Of a stretch of 64,000 nucleotides of DNA, positions 1-9,696 are shown one piece after another. Each line of letters begins with the position of its first letter. Within the stretch, counting starts at the first letter, position 1. Position numbers and translations under genes: made by a program. A model generated the notes under the pieces. That model did not search any database, was not told where the DNA came from, and was given only the letters and a program-made list of their open reading frames with translations. The DNA is from an uncultured Candidatus Saccharibacteria bacterium (GTDB taxonomy: Bacteria; Patescibacteriota; Minisyncoccia; Phycocordibacterales; UBA9973). The stretch spans positions 16,172 to 80,171 of the forward strand of contig CAYZYV010000001.1 in the NCBI GenBank assembly GCA_964482735.1, written 5' to 3'.

Positions 1-294
1 CCAAAATGTAAATTTATCAAGCAAGATGAAGAAGAGTTAAAAAAGAAAATGACTGACATTACTTGTCCTGTTTGTAACAAAGGTAAAATGATGGAAAGGC
101 GTGGAAGATTTGGAATTTTCTATTCATGTAGCAACTATCCTGATTGTAAGAATGCTATCAAAGCAAAACCAACTGGAAATATTTGTCACCTCTGTGGTGC
201 ATTAATGATGGATGGCACAAAAACTATTCCAGAGAGATGCAGTAACAACAAGTGCCCAAACAATCGACCTGATAAGCTTGAAAAAAATAAATAA
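1..294 (+). CDS. topA: DNA topoisomerase I, C-terminal zinc-ribbon end (5' truncated by window)
   Basis: Frame open from base 1; C4 zinc ribbons CPVC...GRFGIFYSCSNYPDC and CHLC...C typical of TopA C-termini. Confidence 0.8.
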   Translation, partial: PKCKFIKQDEEELKKKMTDITCPVCNKGKMMERRGRFGIFYSCSNYPDCKNAIKAKPTGNICHLCGALMMDGTKTIPERCSNNKCPNNRPDKLEKNK

Positions 295-351
295 AAAAAC
301 TCCTAAAAAACATAAACTTTTAAAAAAAATAATAAAGTTTAAAAAAATAAT

Positions 352-1815
352 ATGATTCCCAAAATGGAAGACATCCTATCTCTTGTATTAGAGAAAACGA
401 TGGAAGATGAAAACTTAATAAGAAAGTCTTACAATTTTGCTGAGAAAGCTCATGCTGGGCAAAAAAGAAAAAGTGGAGAGCCGTATTTTATCCACCCAGC
501 TAATGTGGCTAAAATTTTAGCAGAATTAGGATTACCCCCTGTTGTTATAGCTACGGGGCTTGTTCACGATGTTATAGAAGAAACTAAATATTCAAAAGAA
601 GATATATCTAAATTACTAGGATGTGAAGTCGCAGAGTTAGCAGAAAGAGTTGTTAAACTAGGTGATATACGATATAAAGGAACTGAAAAAAATGTTGAAA
701 ATTTAAGAAAATTCTTCGTTTATGAAACAAAAGACTTACGAGCTTTAGTGGTTCGTCTCGCAGACAGATTACATAATGTTGAAACACTTGAATTCGTAGA
801 AAAAAATAAACAAAAAAGAATCGCTTTAGAAACGTTGGAAATATATGCTCACCTAGCGAACAGATTGTCTATGGGGCAATTAAAAAGCAGACTAGAAGAT
901 GCGTCTTTTGAATATGCATACCCCGAAGAATACCAGAAAATTAAAAGTTCTTTAGAAAATAAAAAGGATGTTGGAAAAGAGTATTTAATAGAAACTACAA
1001 CTAGATTAGGGGAAATGATCGAAAGTTCTGGTATAAAAAATGTAACGATAGATTCTCGTCAAAAACATTTATATTCTCTATGGAACAAATTAAACAAATA
1101 TGATTTAACTATTAACAATATCTACGACATTATCGCAATCAGAGTAGTCGTTGAAACAGTAGAAGATTGTTATAAGGTTCTTGGATTAATACATGGACAG
1201 TGGAGACCTATGATGAACAGGATTAGAGATTATATAGCCTCTCCTAAATCAAACGGATATCAAAGTATTCATACTATAATTTACACTGAATCAGGCGGAA
1301 TCGTAGAGATTCAGATACGAACCCAAGATATGCACAACAGAGCGGAAAATGGAGTAGCTGCTCACTTTGCCTATAAAGAAAAAGGTAGTGCTGAAAAAGC
1401 TTTATCTAAAGAAGTAGAATGGTCACACCAGCTTCACGAACTTAATCTATCAAAAAATTACCGAAAAAACTTTGAGCACAAAATAGATTTGGACTTTTTT
1501 GAAGATAGAATCTTTGCCTTCACCCCTAAGGGAGATATTATTGACTTACCCAAAGGAGCTAGTGTTATTGATTTTGCCTATGCTATTCATACAAGCATTG
1601 GAGACCACGCCTTAAGTGGTGTAGTGAACGGCAAAAACTCTTCTCTAAGCACGATTCTAAAAACCAACGATATTGTTGAAATAAAAACAAATAAAAATGG
1701 TAAACCATCTCAAAAATGGCTAGAGTATGCAAAAACAAACCTCGCCAAAAAACATATAAACAGTTATTTTAAAGACAATAGTTTGCTTTCGAAATATATT
1801 TCTTTCGGTAAATAA
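352..1815 (+). CDS. rel: RelA/SpoT family (p)ppGpp synthetase/hydrolase (HD, SYNTH, TGS; no ACT)
   Basis: HxGQxRKSGEPYFxHP, LVHD, LADRLHN, NGYQSIHT, EIQIRT, FTPKG/DFAYAIHT. Confidence 0.95.
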   Translation: MIPKMEDILSLVLEKTMEDENLIRKSYNFAEKAHAGQKRKSGEPYFIHPANVAKILAELGLPPVVIATGLVHDVIEETKYSKEDISKLLGCEVAELAERVVKLGDIRYKGTEKNVENLRKFFVYETKDLRALVVRLADRLHNVETLEFVEKNKQKRIALETLEIYAHLANRLSMGQLKSRLEDASFEYAYPEEYQKIKSSLENKKDVGKEYLIETTTRLGEMIESSGIKNVTIDSRQKHLYSLWNKLNKYDLTINNIYDIIAIRVVVETVEDCYKVLGLIHGQWRPMMNRIRDYIASPKSNGYQSIHTIIYTESGGIVEIQIRTQDMHNRAENGVAAHFAYKEKGSAEKALSKEVEWSHQLHELNLSKNYRKNFEHKIDLDFFEDRIFAFTPKGDIIDLPKGASVIDFAYAIHTSIGDHALSGVVNGKNSSLSTILKTNDIVEIKTNKNGKPSQKWLEYAKTNLAKKHINSYFKDNSLLSKYISFGK

Positions 1816-1850
1816 ATTAAACCCCACAATTTCATTGTGGGGTTTAATTT
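1814..1850. terminator. Bidirectional intrinsic terminator between rel and parB
   Basis: aaattaaaccccacaat-ttc-attgtggggtttaattt between convergent stops. Confidence 0.8.
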
Positions 1851-2863
1851 TAGATTGAGAAATTTTTTATATTATACAAGTCTATGTCTTCTTCTGTTTT
1901 CTTAATTTCTTCTTCTGTCCTATCGTCTATTAAGTGAAGGTTTTCTTCTTCACTAGTTTCTTCTTGTTTAGTAACTTCTTTTTGTTCTGGTTGAGAGATG
2001 GAGATAAATTTATCGAGCATTTCTGTTGGGTTACGATTCTCGTTATTTTTAATGATTTCTAAAATAGTATGTAAATCATCATTGGTAAAGAAATCGATAG
2101 TAATATATCCTCCGTTTTCTTTTTTCTCTATATGAACTCTCGTTCCTAGAGATTCTTGCAATTTTTCTTCCATTTCTGCAATTTCTGGATCTACCAAATA
2201 CTCTTTCTTTCGAACTCTATCATAAGCAATTCTTCTAGCAGCTTTTTCTGCATCTCGAACAGTCATCTTTTTAAAGACTATTTCCTTGAATAAAACATTT
2301 TGCTCTTCAGGTCTATCAGCTAGCATTAGAATTGGTCTTGTATGACCTTCACTAATTTTCCCTTCTGACAACGCATCTAGAATTTCTTGAGGTAATGATA
2401 GTAGTCGTAGTGTGTTTGAAACATACTCACGGCTTTTACCAACTTTTTGCCCCACCTGAGCATGAGTAAATTTAAACTCTTCTACGAGACGCATGAAGGC
2501 TCTCGCCCTCTCTACCGCATTTAAGTCTTCTCTTTGTAAGTTTTCTATTATGGCAAGTTCTAGTTTTGCCATGTTGTCATCACCCACTCGGATAATTACA
2601 GGAATCTCTTTTAGACCTGCAATTTTAGAAGCACGTAACCTACGTTCTCCTGCGATCAATTCATATTCAACTGACATACCTCCATCTTCTCTGGTCATTT
2701 CAATTCTTGAAACTACGAGGGGTTGAAGCACTCCATACTGTCGAATAGAATCGGCTAAATCCTTTAATCGTTCTTCATCAAACTCTCTTCTAGGTTGAAA
2801 AGGGTTTGGTTTTATTTTTTCTATATCTACCCAAAAAATTGAATTATTATAAAGCTGTGACAT
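1850..2863 (-). CDS. parB: ParB/Spo0J partition protein
   Basis: PNPFQPRR, GVLQP, IAGERRLRA, IENLQREDLN, HTH. Confidence 0.95.
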   Translation of the reverse strand: MSQLYNNSIFWVDIEKIKPNPFQPRREFDEERLKDLADSIRQYGVLQPLVVSRIEMTREDGGMSVEYELIAGERRLRASKIAGLKEIPVIIRVGDDNMAKLELAIIENLQREDLNAVERARAFMRLVEEFKFTHAQVGQKVGKSREYVSNTLRLLSLPQEILDALSEGKISEGHTRPILMLADRPEEQNVLFKEIVFKKMTVRDAEKAARRIAYDRVRKKEYLVDPEIAEMEEKLQESLGTRVHIEKKENGGYITIDFFTNDDLHTILEIIKNNENRNPTEMLDKFISISQPEQKEVTKQEETSEEENLHLIDDRTEEEIKKTEEDIDLYNIKNFSI

Positions 2864-2908
2864 GCTTCTATTTTATCACAATTCAATTAAGATGAAAAAT
2901 AACTACTA

Positions 2909-2937
2909 TTGACATAATAAAGTTAGAGTGTTAATCT
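2909..2937 (+). promoter_or_regulatory. Sigma70-type promoter
   Basis: TTGACA-17 nt-TAATCT with extended TG upstream of ORF 2971. Confidence 0.6.
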
Positions 2938-2970
2938 TAAATAAAATAACCCATAAAAATTTAAGAAGAA

Positions 2971-3297
2971 ATGGGAACGAAAGCTCAGGAACTGTTATCT
3001 TTCTTTGGATTTACAGGAGAAGGATATGACGATCTTGCTAACGTAATTGCAGAAATTGCGAATGAATCTGACAGTAGTCAGGTGATTACTAAGGATATAA
3101 AATCTTTACCGTTCGGTTTTGGTCTACAAGATGAAGCCGATGAATTTGTGATAATAGATATTATTCAATTTATTCTAGCTGACATAGTTCCTAAAACAAG
3201 TAAAAAAAACTTCATTGTCAGCCATTTTCATTTAGATACTGACCACATCAAGAAGAAGACCTGTGGAAAGATAACCGTTGAAGTTGAAACATTATAA
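2971..3297 (+). CDS. Hypothetical protein
   Basis: 108 aa ORF with own promoter and downstream hairpin; no recognisable motif. Confidence 0.6.
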   Translation: MGTKAQELLSFFGFTGEGYDDLANVIAEIANESDSSQVITKDIKSLPFGFGLQDEADEFVIIDIIQFILADIVPKTSKKNFIVSHFHLDTDHIKKKTCGKITVEVETL

Positions 3298-3353
3298 TTT
3301 CTTTCCCCTATAGTAATTTTAAAAAACCCGGCAATCAAAAGCTGGGGTTTTTA

Positions 3354-3491
3354 TTTGTGCGCCGGGAGGGATTCGGTCACTCTCGTGGATATTTTATTTC
3401 GTTATTACTCATAAAATATCTCACTCGCTCGACCCCCACTCGCTCCGGCCGCTTCGCGGACTTCGTCGGAGCTCGGTTCGAATCCTCCCGC
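3354..3491 (-). repeat. tRNA-Tyr-associated element: direct copy of the tRNA 3' end plus inverted T-arm copy enclosing GC-rich hairpins
   Basis: 3354-3375 identical to 3540-3561; 3475-3490 ggttcgaatcctcccg is an inverted T-arm copy. Confidence 0.75.
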
Positions 3492-3543
3492 TAGCTACAA
3501 AATAAAATCACCCAGTATTCCATACTGGGTTCATTTATTTTTG

Positions 3544-3626
3544 TGCGCCGGGAGGGATTCGAACCCCCGTAGCCCGAAGGCGTTTGATTTACAGTCAAAT
3601 GCAATTGACCACTCTGCCACCGACGC
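3544..3626 (-). tRNA. tRNA-Tyr (GTA)
   Basis: GCGTCGG/CCGGCGC acceptor stem, ctGTAaa anticodon loop, long variable arm, GGTTCGAATCC; CCA not encoded. Confidence 0.95.
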
Positions 3627-3685
3627 ATATTGTAAAACTTACACTAACATCTAACCAAACTTATATTGTAAACACTGCTCTATAA

Positions 3686-3740
3686 TTTGTGCGCCCCGTA
3701 GCTTTACTATTCTGGGGCCACCGACGCATATTGTAAAACT
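3686..3740 (-). pseudogene. Collapsed tRNA-Tyr copy whose interior is replaced by a palindrome
   Basis: 3686-3695 = 3540-3549 and 3717-3740 = 3616-3639, joined by ccccgtagctttactattctgggg. Confidence 0.6.
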
Positions 3741-3830
3741 AATACTAACTACAATAGTATACACATTTTTTCTTTTTTTTCAAATACAAAAAAATAGAGG
3801 CCAAGCCTCTATTAATTTATTAGATTATCA

Positions 3831-4448
3831 CTATCCTCCCTGTATCACTTCTCCTCCTGCTATTTTCAACCAATTACTTTTTGAAAGGTAGCAGAGCGGC
3901 AAGTCATAGAATTTACGAAACCATCTTGCGATAGATTCGTCAGGTTTTACTTCGTAATTCTGATGAATTTGAAAGTCTACCAGATTCAATCCTTCAACTG
4001 CCCAAGGAATTGTCATAGAGATACTACCTTGAAAAATAAATGGACAGGCGATTAATACTCCGTCTTTGATTCCGATGTACTTCTTTTGCCCATTCATAAC
4101 CAAGTTCGCAATCGTATCAAAGATATCTCTTTGCTTAAGAAAACGGACTAGATTATAAATATCATTACCTTCTACAAAGAAGGCTTTGACCTCGGGTTGG
4201 AACAATAGTGTCTTAGACTTAACCACTTCTTCAATTGGAATAACACTATATCCAATCTTTGAGAAAAAGTGTTCCGCTTTATCAGAAGGAAGACCAACAG
4301 CGTCGGTTTCTTCTGCGTTTACATAAACAATGATTTCCCCTTTTTTTGCCGGCCCCAAGAATTTTATCAACTGTTGAGAACAGTGATCCAAATAGTGAGC
4401 CCCAGTGCCACAGAAAGGGTCTCCGATTAAAAACAGTTCCTTGTTCAT
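3831..4448 (-). CDS. Peptidase E (S51)/class I GATase-like protein with degenerate active site
   Basis: HYLDHC N-terminus, FFVEGN, YIG...GVLIACP, GLNLVDFQI resemble PepE, but the nucleophile Ser is absent. Confidence 0.6.
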   Translation of the reverse strand: MNKELFLIGDPFCGTGAHYLDHCSQQLIKFLGPAKKGEIIVYVNAEETDAVGLPSDKAEHFFSKIGYSVIPIEEVVKSKTLLFQPEVKAFFVEGNDIYNLVRFLKQRDIFDTIANLVMNGQKKYIGIKDGVLIACPFIFQGSISMTIPWAVEGLNLVDFQIHQNYEVKPDESIARWFRKFYDLPLCYLSKSNWLKIAGGEVIQGG

Positions 4449-4518
4449 AATTGTATGATTTTAGAGTGAATATTCAATTTCAACATAAATCTATCACATT
4501 AAGGCTTTTTGTCAAATA

Positions 4519-4569
4519 TAACACAAGAATAAAAACGAAGGTTTTACCTTCGTTTTTATTCTTGTGTTA
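4519..4569 (-). terminator. Long hairpin at the clpB stop (24-bp arms)
   Basis: taacacaagaataaaaacgaaggt-ttt-accttcgtttttattcttgtgtta. Confidence 0.7.
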
Positions 4570-7239
4570 CTTGGTTTTTTTAGAAACTTTAGTTTTCTTC
4601 TTTTTGTTTTCTACTAAAATTTCTTCATTTTTAACAGTAACTGAGATAACATCTCCTTTTTTTACACCCTTAGTAATTATGAGCATTGCTATTGGATTAA
4701 GTATCTTTTCTTGAATTAACCTAGATAGGGGTCTTGCTCCAAAATGAGGATCGTAACCTTCTTTGGCTAAATGATCGAGAGAACTTTCGGTTATTTCCAT
4801 CGTAATACCCTTCTCAAGTAATCTCTTTTCTGTGATCTTAATTTTTAGGTCGACTATTTGTCTAATCGCTTTTTCTGAAAGTATATCAAAGACAATTACA
4901 TCATCTAATCTATTTAAAAATTCTGGTTTAAAGAAATCTTTTAGAGCCCCCATGACTTTATCTTTAGTGATATCGTATTCATCTCGTTCTCCGTTATTAC
5001 TAAAACCCAACGATTCCATCTTTTGTATCAAGTGTGAACCAAGATTGGAAGTTAGAATAATAACAGTGTTTTTGAAATTTATTACTCTTCCCTTGCCGTC
5101 TGTTAGTCGTCCATCGTCTAAGACTTGTAATAAAACGTTTAAAACTTCAGGGTGAGCTTTTTCAACTTCATCAAACAATACCACAGAATAAGGTCTATGC
5201 TTTACGGCTTCTGTTAGGCTCCCAGATTCATCATACCCAACATATCCTGGTGGAGAACCAATAAGCTTAGACACACTATGTCTTTCTCCGTATTCACTCA
5301 TGTCTACTCTAACTAGAGCCTTATCATCATTAAACATAAACTCAGCTAAAGCTTTGGTTAATTCTGTCTTACCCACTCCTGTAGGTCCCAAGAATATGAA
5401 TGAACCAATTGGTTTATTTGGATCTCCAATACCAGCACGATTGCGTCTTACAACATCAGAAATCTTTTTAATAGCTTCATCCTGACCTATAACTCGTTTA
5501 TGCAATTCATCTTCCATGTGTGCTAGCTTTTCCATCTCTTCCTCGAGCATTTTTTGCAAAGGAATTCCAGTCCACCTTGAGACAACAGCCGCAACATCCT
5601 CCTCCGTTATTTCTTCTTTTAGTATTCTTCTAGACTTCTGTAGTTTTTTTAGACGAGAAAGCTTTTGATTTAGTTTATTTTGTAAATCTGGAATTCGTCC
5701 ATAGCGAATTTCCGCTGCCCTTCCTAGGTCAGCATGCATCTCAGCATTTTCAGCTTCTAATCTAAGAGATTCTAATTCTTTTTTAATGTTTCTAATTTCT
5801 ACAACAGTTTCTTTCTCGTTTTTCCACTTTAATTCCAATTCATAAGTTTTTTCTTTTAGATTAGCAATTTCTTTTTCGATATCTTTCAATCTAGATTTTT
5901 CTACCTTATGATTATTGCTTCCTTTTTCTCTTTCTATTTCTTTTGTTAACGCAGCTTTTTCTACTTCAAAACGCATTATCTTTCGATCTGCATCTTCCAA
6001 TATCTCAGGTTTATTTTCAAGCGCCAAACGTAGAGAAGATGAGGCTTCGTCAATCAAGTCAACTGCTTTATCTGGCAAAAAACGATTCGTTATATATCTA
6101 GCACTCAAATTGACCGCGGACAAAATAGCGTCATCTGTAATTCTTACTCCGTGGAATAATTCATACTTTTCTTTTAATCCCCGAAGAATTGCAACAGCAT
6201 CTTCTATGCTTGGTTCATCAATATAAACAGGCTGGAATCTTCTGGCTAGAGCTGGGTCTTTTTCAATATATTTCTGATATTCTTTTAAGGTTGTTGCCCC
6301 AATGGCTCGAAGCTCGCCTCTTGCAAGTGCTGGTTTTAGCATATTAGAAGCATCTAGAGATCCTTCAGAAGAACCAGCCCCGACGATTGTATGTATTTCA
6401 TCTATAAATAAAATTATCTGACCACTAGACCTTTCAATTTCTTTCATTATGCCTCTTAGCCTTTCTTCGAATTCCCCTCTGTATTTTGTTCCAGACAAAA
6501 GAAGTCCGAGGTCTAGCGAAACAACTTCTTTGTCTTTTAGACTCTCTGGAACATCATTTTTTGCGATACGAATAGCCAAGGCTTCTGCCACTGCAGTTTT
6601 ACCAGTTCCAGCTTCTCCTATGAGAATAGGATTATTTTTTGTTCGGCGAGAAAGAATTTGCATCATTCTCATTATCTCTGTATCTCTTCCGATAACAGGA
6701 TCAAGTTTATCCTCCCTAGCTAAAGCCGTCAGATTGCGAGTAAATTTAGCTAGAAGTTTAGGTTTCTTGGAGATGTTCATATCATTAATGTTTTCATCTC
6801 TGAGCTGTTTTAAAACTTCTATTACCTTATTTCTTTCTATTCTAAATCTCAAAAGCAAATCTCTTGCCTCTCCTTCGGTATCAAGCAAAGAAACGAATAG
6901 GTGTTCGGTGGATACAAATTCATCTTTTAAGGAAACAGCGACTTTGGCTGAATTTTCAATAATTTGAGCTAGGTCAGGAGTTAGGTAAATCTGAAACGAA
7001 GGAGAAATTGTATTACGATTCTCTGGTGACTCAATCATTTCTATCAAATTGTCAGTTAGTAAAACAGTATCAACGTCCATCTTGTCCAAGATAGAAACAA
7101 TAAGAGAATTTTCTTGAACCATCAGAGCCGTCAAAAGATGTAAGGAATTAACATGATTCTGCCCCCTTTCGACGGCTAGTTCATGGGACTTCCTGATAAC
7201 CTCCTTAGCTTTAGTTGTAAAATTATTAAATGGTGGCAT
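4567..7239 (-). CDS. clpB: ClpB chaperone (AAA+)
   Basis: Clp N-domain, [16 protein letters not shown], coiled-coil M domain, [21 protein letters not shown]. Confidence 0.95.
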   Translation of the reverse strand: MPPFNNFTTKAKEVIRKSHELAVERGQNHVNSLHLLTALMVQENSLIVSILDKMDVDTVLLTDNLIEMIESPENRNTISPSFQIYLTPDLAQIIENSAKVAVSLKDEFVSTEHLFVSLLDTEGEARDLLLRFRIERNKVIEVLKQLRDENINDMNISKKPKLLAKFTRNLTALAREDKLDPVIGRDTEIMRMMQILSRRTKNNPILIGEAGTGKTAVAEALAIRIAKNDVPESLKDKEVVSLDLGLLLSGTKYRGEFEERLRGIMKEIERSSGQIILFIDEIHTIVGAGSSEGSLDASNMLKPALARGELRAIGATTLKEYQKYIEKDPALARRFQPVYIDEPSIEDAVAILRGLKEKYELFHGVRITDDAILSAVNLSARYITNRFLPDKAVDLIDEASSSLRLALENKPEILEDADRKIMRFEVEKAALTKEIEREKGSNNHKVEKSRLKDIEKEIANLKEKTYELELKWKNEKETVVEIRNIKKELESLRLEAENAEMHADLGRAAEIRYGRIPDLQNKLNQKLSRLKKLQKSRRILKEEITEEDVAAVVSRWTGIPLQKMLEEEMEKLAHMEDELHKRVIGQDEAIKKISDVVRRNRAGIGDPNKPIGSFIFLGPTGVGKTELTKALAEFMFNDDKALVRVDMSEYGERHSVSKLIGSPPGYVGYDESGSLTEAVKHRPYSVVLFDEVEKAHPEVLNVLLQVLDDGRLTDGKGRVINFKNTVIILTSNLGSHLIQKMESLGFSNNGERDEYDITKDKVMGALKDFFKPEFLNRLDDVIVFDILSEKAIRQIVDLKIKITEKRLLEKGITMEITESSLDHLAKEGYDPHFGARPLSRLIQEKILNPIAMLIITKGVKKGDVISVTVKNEEILVENKKKKTKVSKKTK

Positions 7240-7292
7240 ATATTTTTATTTAAAGATTAATTTTATATACTTACAAGTTTTATTATACTTTC

Positions 7293-7417
7293 TCTTGCCC
7301 TGTAGTAAGCTTTGCTTTATTACCGAGGTCTCGTCCCGTAGTAAATTTAAAAAGCATCTTGTCCTGTAGTAAGCTTTGCTTTACTACTGGGGTCGTTTTT
7401 AAATTTTACTACCGGGA
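7293..7417. repeat. Nested CCCGTAGTAA...TTACTAC(T/C)GGG palindromic repeats
   Basis: Copy at 7293-7329; copy at 7357-7393 nested inside arms 7334-7353/7396-7417; related copies at 30283-30319 and 3691-3718. Confidence 0.8.
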
Positions 7418-7450
7418 TTAGCAAAATAGGTGGCAGAGAGTAAATTTAGT

Positions 7451-7987
7451 CTAGTTATTATTTTGAGTTTCTGTTTCAGTAGTTTCTTCAACAGGTTTTT
7501 GACTAGATTTATCTTCACCTATCTTTAAAATAGCAAAACCATTATCAAAATTTTTAAGAGTATAAACACTAAACATATCTTCACCTAACTGAACTTCATA
7601 TTTATCTTTATTATCTATAATGTTTGTATTTACCAGAATTAATCCTTCATCAGAAATAATAACACCTTGTCCTATTTCTTTATCTTTTTCTTCTAAACTG
7701 TTCTCACCGGTCGCAACACTTGGTATTTTCTTAAATATAGACACTAGCTGATTACCACTATTTATATTTAATGTATCACCTGATTTTGATTCTTGATCTT
7801 TAGTTTCTTCAACTGTAGTAACTTTTTCTATCGTTCTTTGTATGACATTATTAATCGTCTGAGGAACTGTTGGTGGCATTTGCTTCATTAGAGATACAGT
7901 TACAATTCCTGTACCTATAGAGACTACAAAAGTGATTAACAATGTTAATAAAATCAATTGTTTTTTGTTTAATTCGTTTATATCCAT
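7451..7987 (-). CDS. Membrane-anchored protein with a truncated trypsin/HtrA-like fragment
   Basis: N-terminal TM helix; GQGVIISDEGLILVN resembles the HtrA GSGxIISxDGYIxTN segment. Confidence 0.6.
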   Translation of the reverse strand: MDINELNKKQLILLTLLITFVVSIGTGIVTVSLMKQMPPTVPQTINNVIQRTIEKVTTVEETKDQESKSGDTLNINSGNQLVSIFKKIPSVATGENSLEEKDKEIGQGVIISDEGLILVNTNIIDNKDKYEVQLGEDMFSVYTLKNFDNGFAILKIGEDKSSQKPVEETTETETQNNN

Positions 7988-8071
7988 CCCGTACGAAAAT
8001 AATTAATACTAATAGTTACATTATATACTATCTGTGCATAATAATAAACTCATCAAATTAAACAATATATG

Positions 8072-8344
8072 TTATTTTTGTACGGGATCCATTCCTTCAA
8101 AATGCCTTTTTAATCTTGATTTTAAAAATAACTTTCCTCTTCCTGGTTTTAGATAAATTTCTCTAGCTTTAGCATCAAACTCATTAAGGCAGGCTTCATA
8201 GTATACAAGCTCATAAGGACCTCTATACTTAGTATAGGTTGAAAATCCACTTTTATGCTCTTTTATACGCCTCTTTAGATCATTCGTATACCCAGTATAT
8301 AAATTCCTATCTTTAGTACTTTTTAATACATAAGTATAAAACAT
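8072..8344 (-). CDS. Small GIY-YIG nuclease (UPF0213-like)
   Basis: YTYVLKS...LYTGYTNDLKRRIKEH...YYEA...AKARE; ATG at 8344 preferred. Confidence 0.9.
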   Translation of the reverse strand: MFYTYVLKSTKDRNLYTGYTNDLKRRIKEHKSGFSTYTKYRGPYELVYYEACLNEFDAKAREIYLKPGRGKLFLKSRLKRHFEGMDPVQK

Positions 8345-8372
8345 AATAATTAATTTTATCACTATTCGTTTA

Positions 8373-9632
8373 TTATTTCCACTCGCTATATTTTGACAAA
8401 ATTCTGGAAAGTCCTTTTACTAAAGCATCTAAATTACTTTTCACTGTCTGTCTTCCTAACGTGATTCGGATAGACCCAATAGTTTGATCTTTATTTCCAT
8501 TTATCGCTTTAATTACGTATGACCCTTTATCATCTTCACTCTTGCAAGCACTTTTTTCTGAAACATAAGCACCGAGTGCAGATAATTCTATGACAACCAG
8601 CTCGCTTGGTAACCCATCTATAGTTATGTTTATGTTGTTTGGTAATCTATTTTCTTTATCTCCATTTAATTTAATTTCGAAAGGATATTTTTTTGATAAA
8701 TCTAAAATTTTATCTATCCCATAATTTCTTAATTTTATTAATCGAAGTGATTCTTTTTCTTTTATTTTATTAGTTATCTCATGCGCAAGGTTTAAACTGT
8801 TTATCAAAGAAACACTCTCCGTGCCTGATCGTAATCCAAATTCCTGCCCTCCTCCGTTATAGATTGGAGTAATATCAACATTTCTTTTTTTAATAAGAAC
8901 ACCTATTCCTTTTGGTCCATAAATCTTAGAACTATTGAAAGTCATTAAATCAACCCCTAATTTATCTATGTTTTCTGTGAACAAATAATTCATTGCCTGG
9001 CAAGCATCAGTGTGAAAGAGAGGAAAATCGACTAAGTAAGGTCTTGCCTTAAGGGAGTCCAAGGCAAGATCTTGAGAAGTCGATTTTCCCTTTTTAAATC
9101 TCCTAATAATTTTTGCTATTTCTTCTATTGGTTCTATAGTACCTATTTCGTTATTTGCATACATCACAGAAACCAACACGGTATTTTCCTTGAGAGACTC
9201 TTTTAAAATTTTTAAATCAATTACACCGTTTTCTAGTACTGGAATATAAGAAGCTTCTATTATTTTCTTGCTTTCTAAATTTCTGATATTCTCTAGGACT
9301 GCAGGATGTTCTATCTCTGAAGTAATTACATGAGGGATAACATCTGGGAAACGATTAATAAAGGAATTAACAGTTCCAATTATAGCTAGCGCATCACTCT
9401 CTGTTCCGCTTCCTGTAAAAATTATTTCATCGGCATGAGCGTTCAATCTTTTTGCTATTTCTGATCTAGCACGTTCAACTACACTCCTGGTTTCTATCCC
9501 CTTTTTATATATAGTACTAGCATTGGCATAAAATTTTTTTTCTGTTTTGTGTAAAATTTTCAAAACTCTCCTGTCGATAGGAGTAGCACTTGCATAATCT
9601 AAGTAGATATCTTTTTGTGGTCTTAATCTCAT
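8373..9632 (-). CDS. Cysteine desulfurase (IscS/NifS family)
   Basis: IYLDYASATP, IEHPAV, MYANNEIG, HTDACQ, SSKIYGPKG, RSGT, SAC loop. Confidence 0.92.
   Translation of the reverse strand: MRLRPQKDIYLDYASATPIDRRVLKILHKTEKKFYANASTIYKKGIETRSVVERARSEIAKRLNAHADEIIFTGSGTESDALAIIGTVNSFINRFPDVIPHVITSEIEHPAVLENIRNLESKKIIEASYIPVLENGVIDLKILKESLKENTVLVSVMYANNEIGTIEPIEEIAKIIRRFKKGKSTSQDLALDSLKARPYLVDFPLFHTDACQAMNYLFTENIDKLGVDLMTFNSSKIYGPKGIGVLIKKRNVDITPIYNGGGQEFGLRSGTESVSLINSLNLAHEITNKIKEKESLRLIKLRNYGIDKILDLSKKYPFEIKLNGDKENRLPNNINITIDGLPSELVVIELSALGAYVSEKSACKSEDDKGSYVIKAINGNKDQTIGSIRITLGRQTVKSNLDALVKGLSRILSKYSEWK
9022..9089. repeat. Palindromic element inside the cysteine desulfurase CDS
   Basis: ggaaaatcgact..aaggtcttgcctt..aaggcaagatctt..agtcgattttcc; core matches the 22852-22909 palindrome. 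Confidence 0.8.
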
Positions 9633-9696
9633 ATTTTATATAATATCATATTTAGGGATTGTAAAAAAAGCTTTATTGTTATATACTCTTCTTGTT

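Noticed and set aside
4832-6967. Antisense ORFs within clpB, and similar ones in infB, ileS, terL and the helicase
   Set aside because: Shadow ORFs opposite well-supported genes
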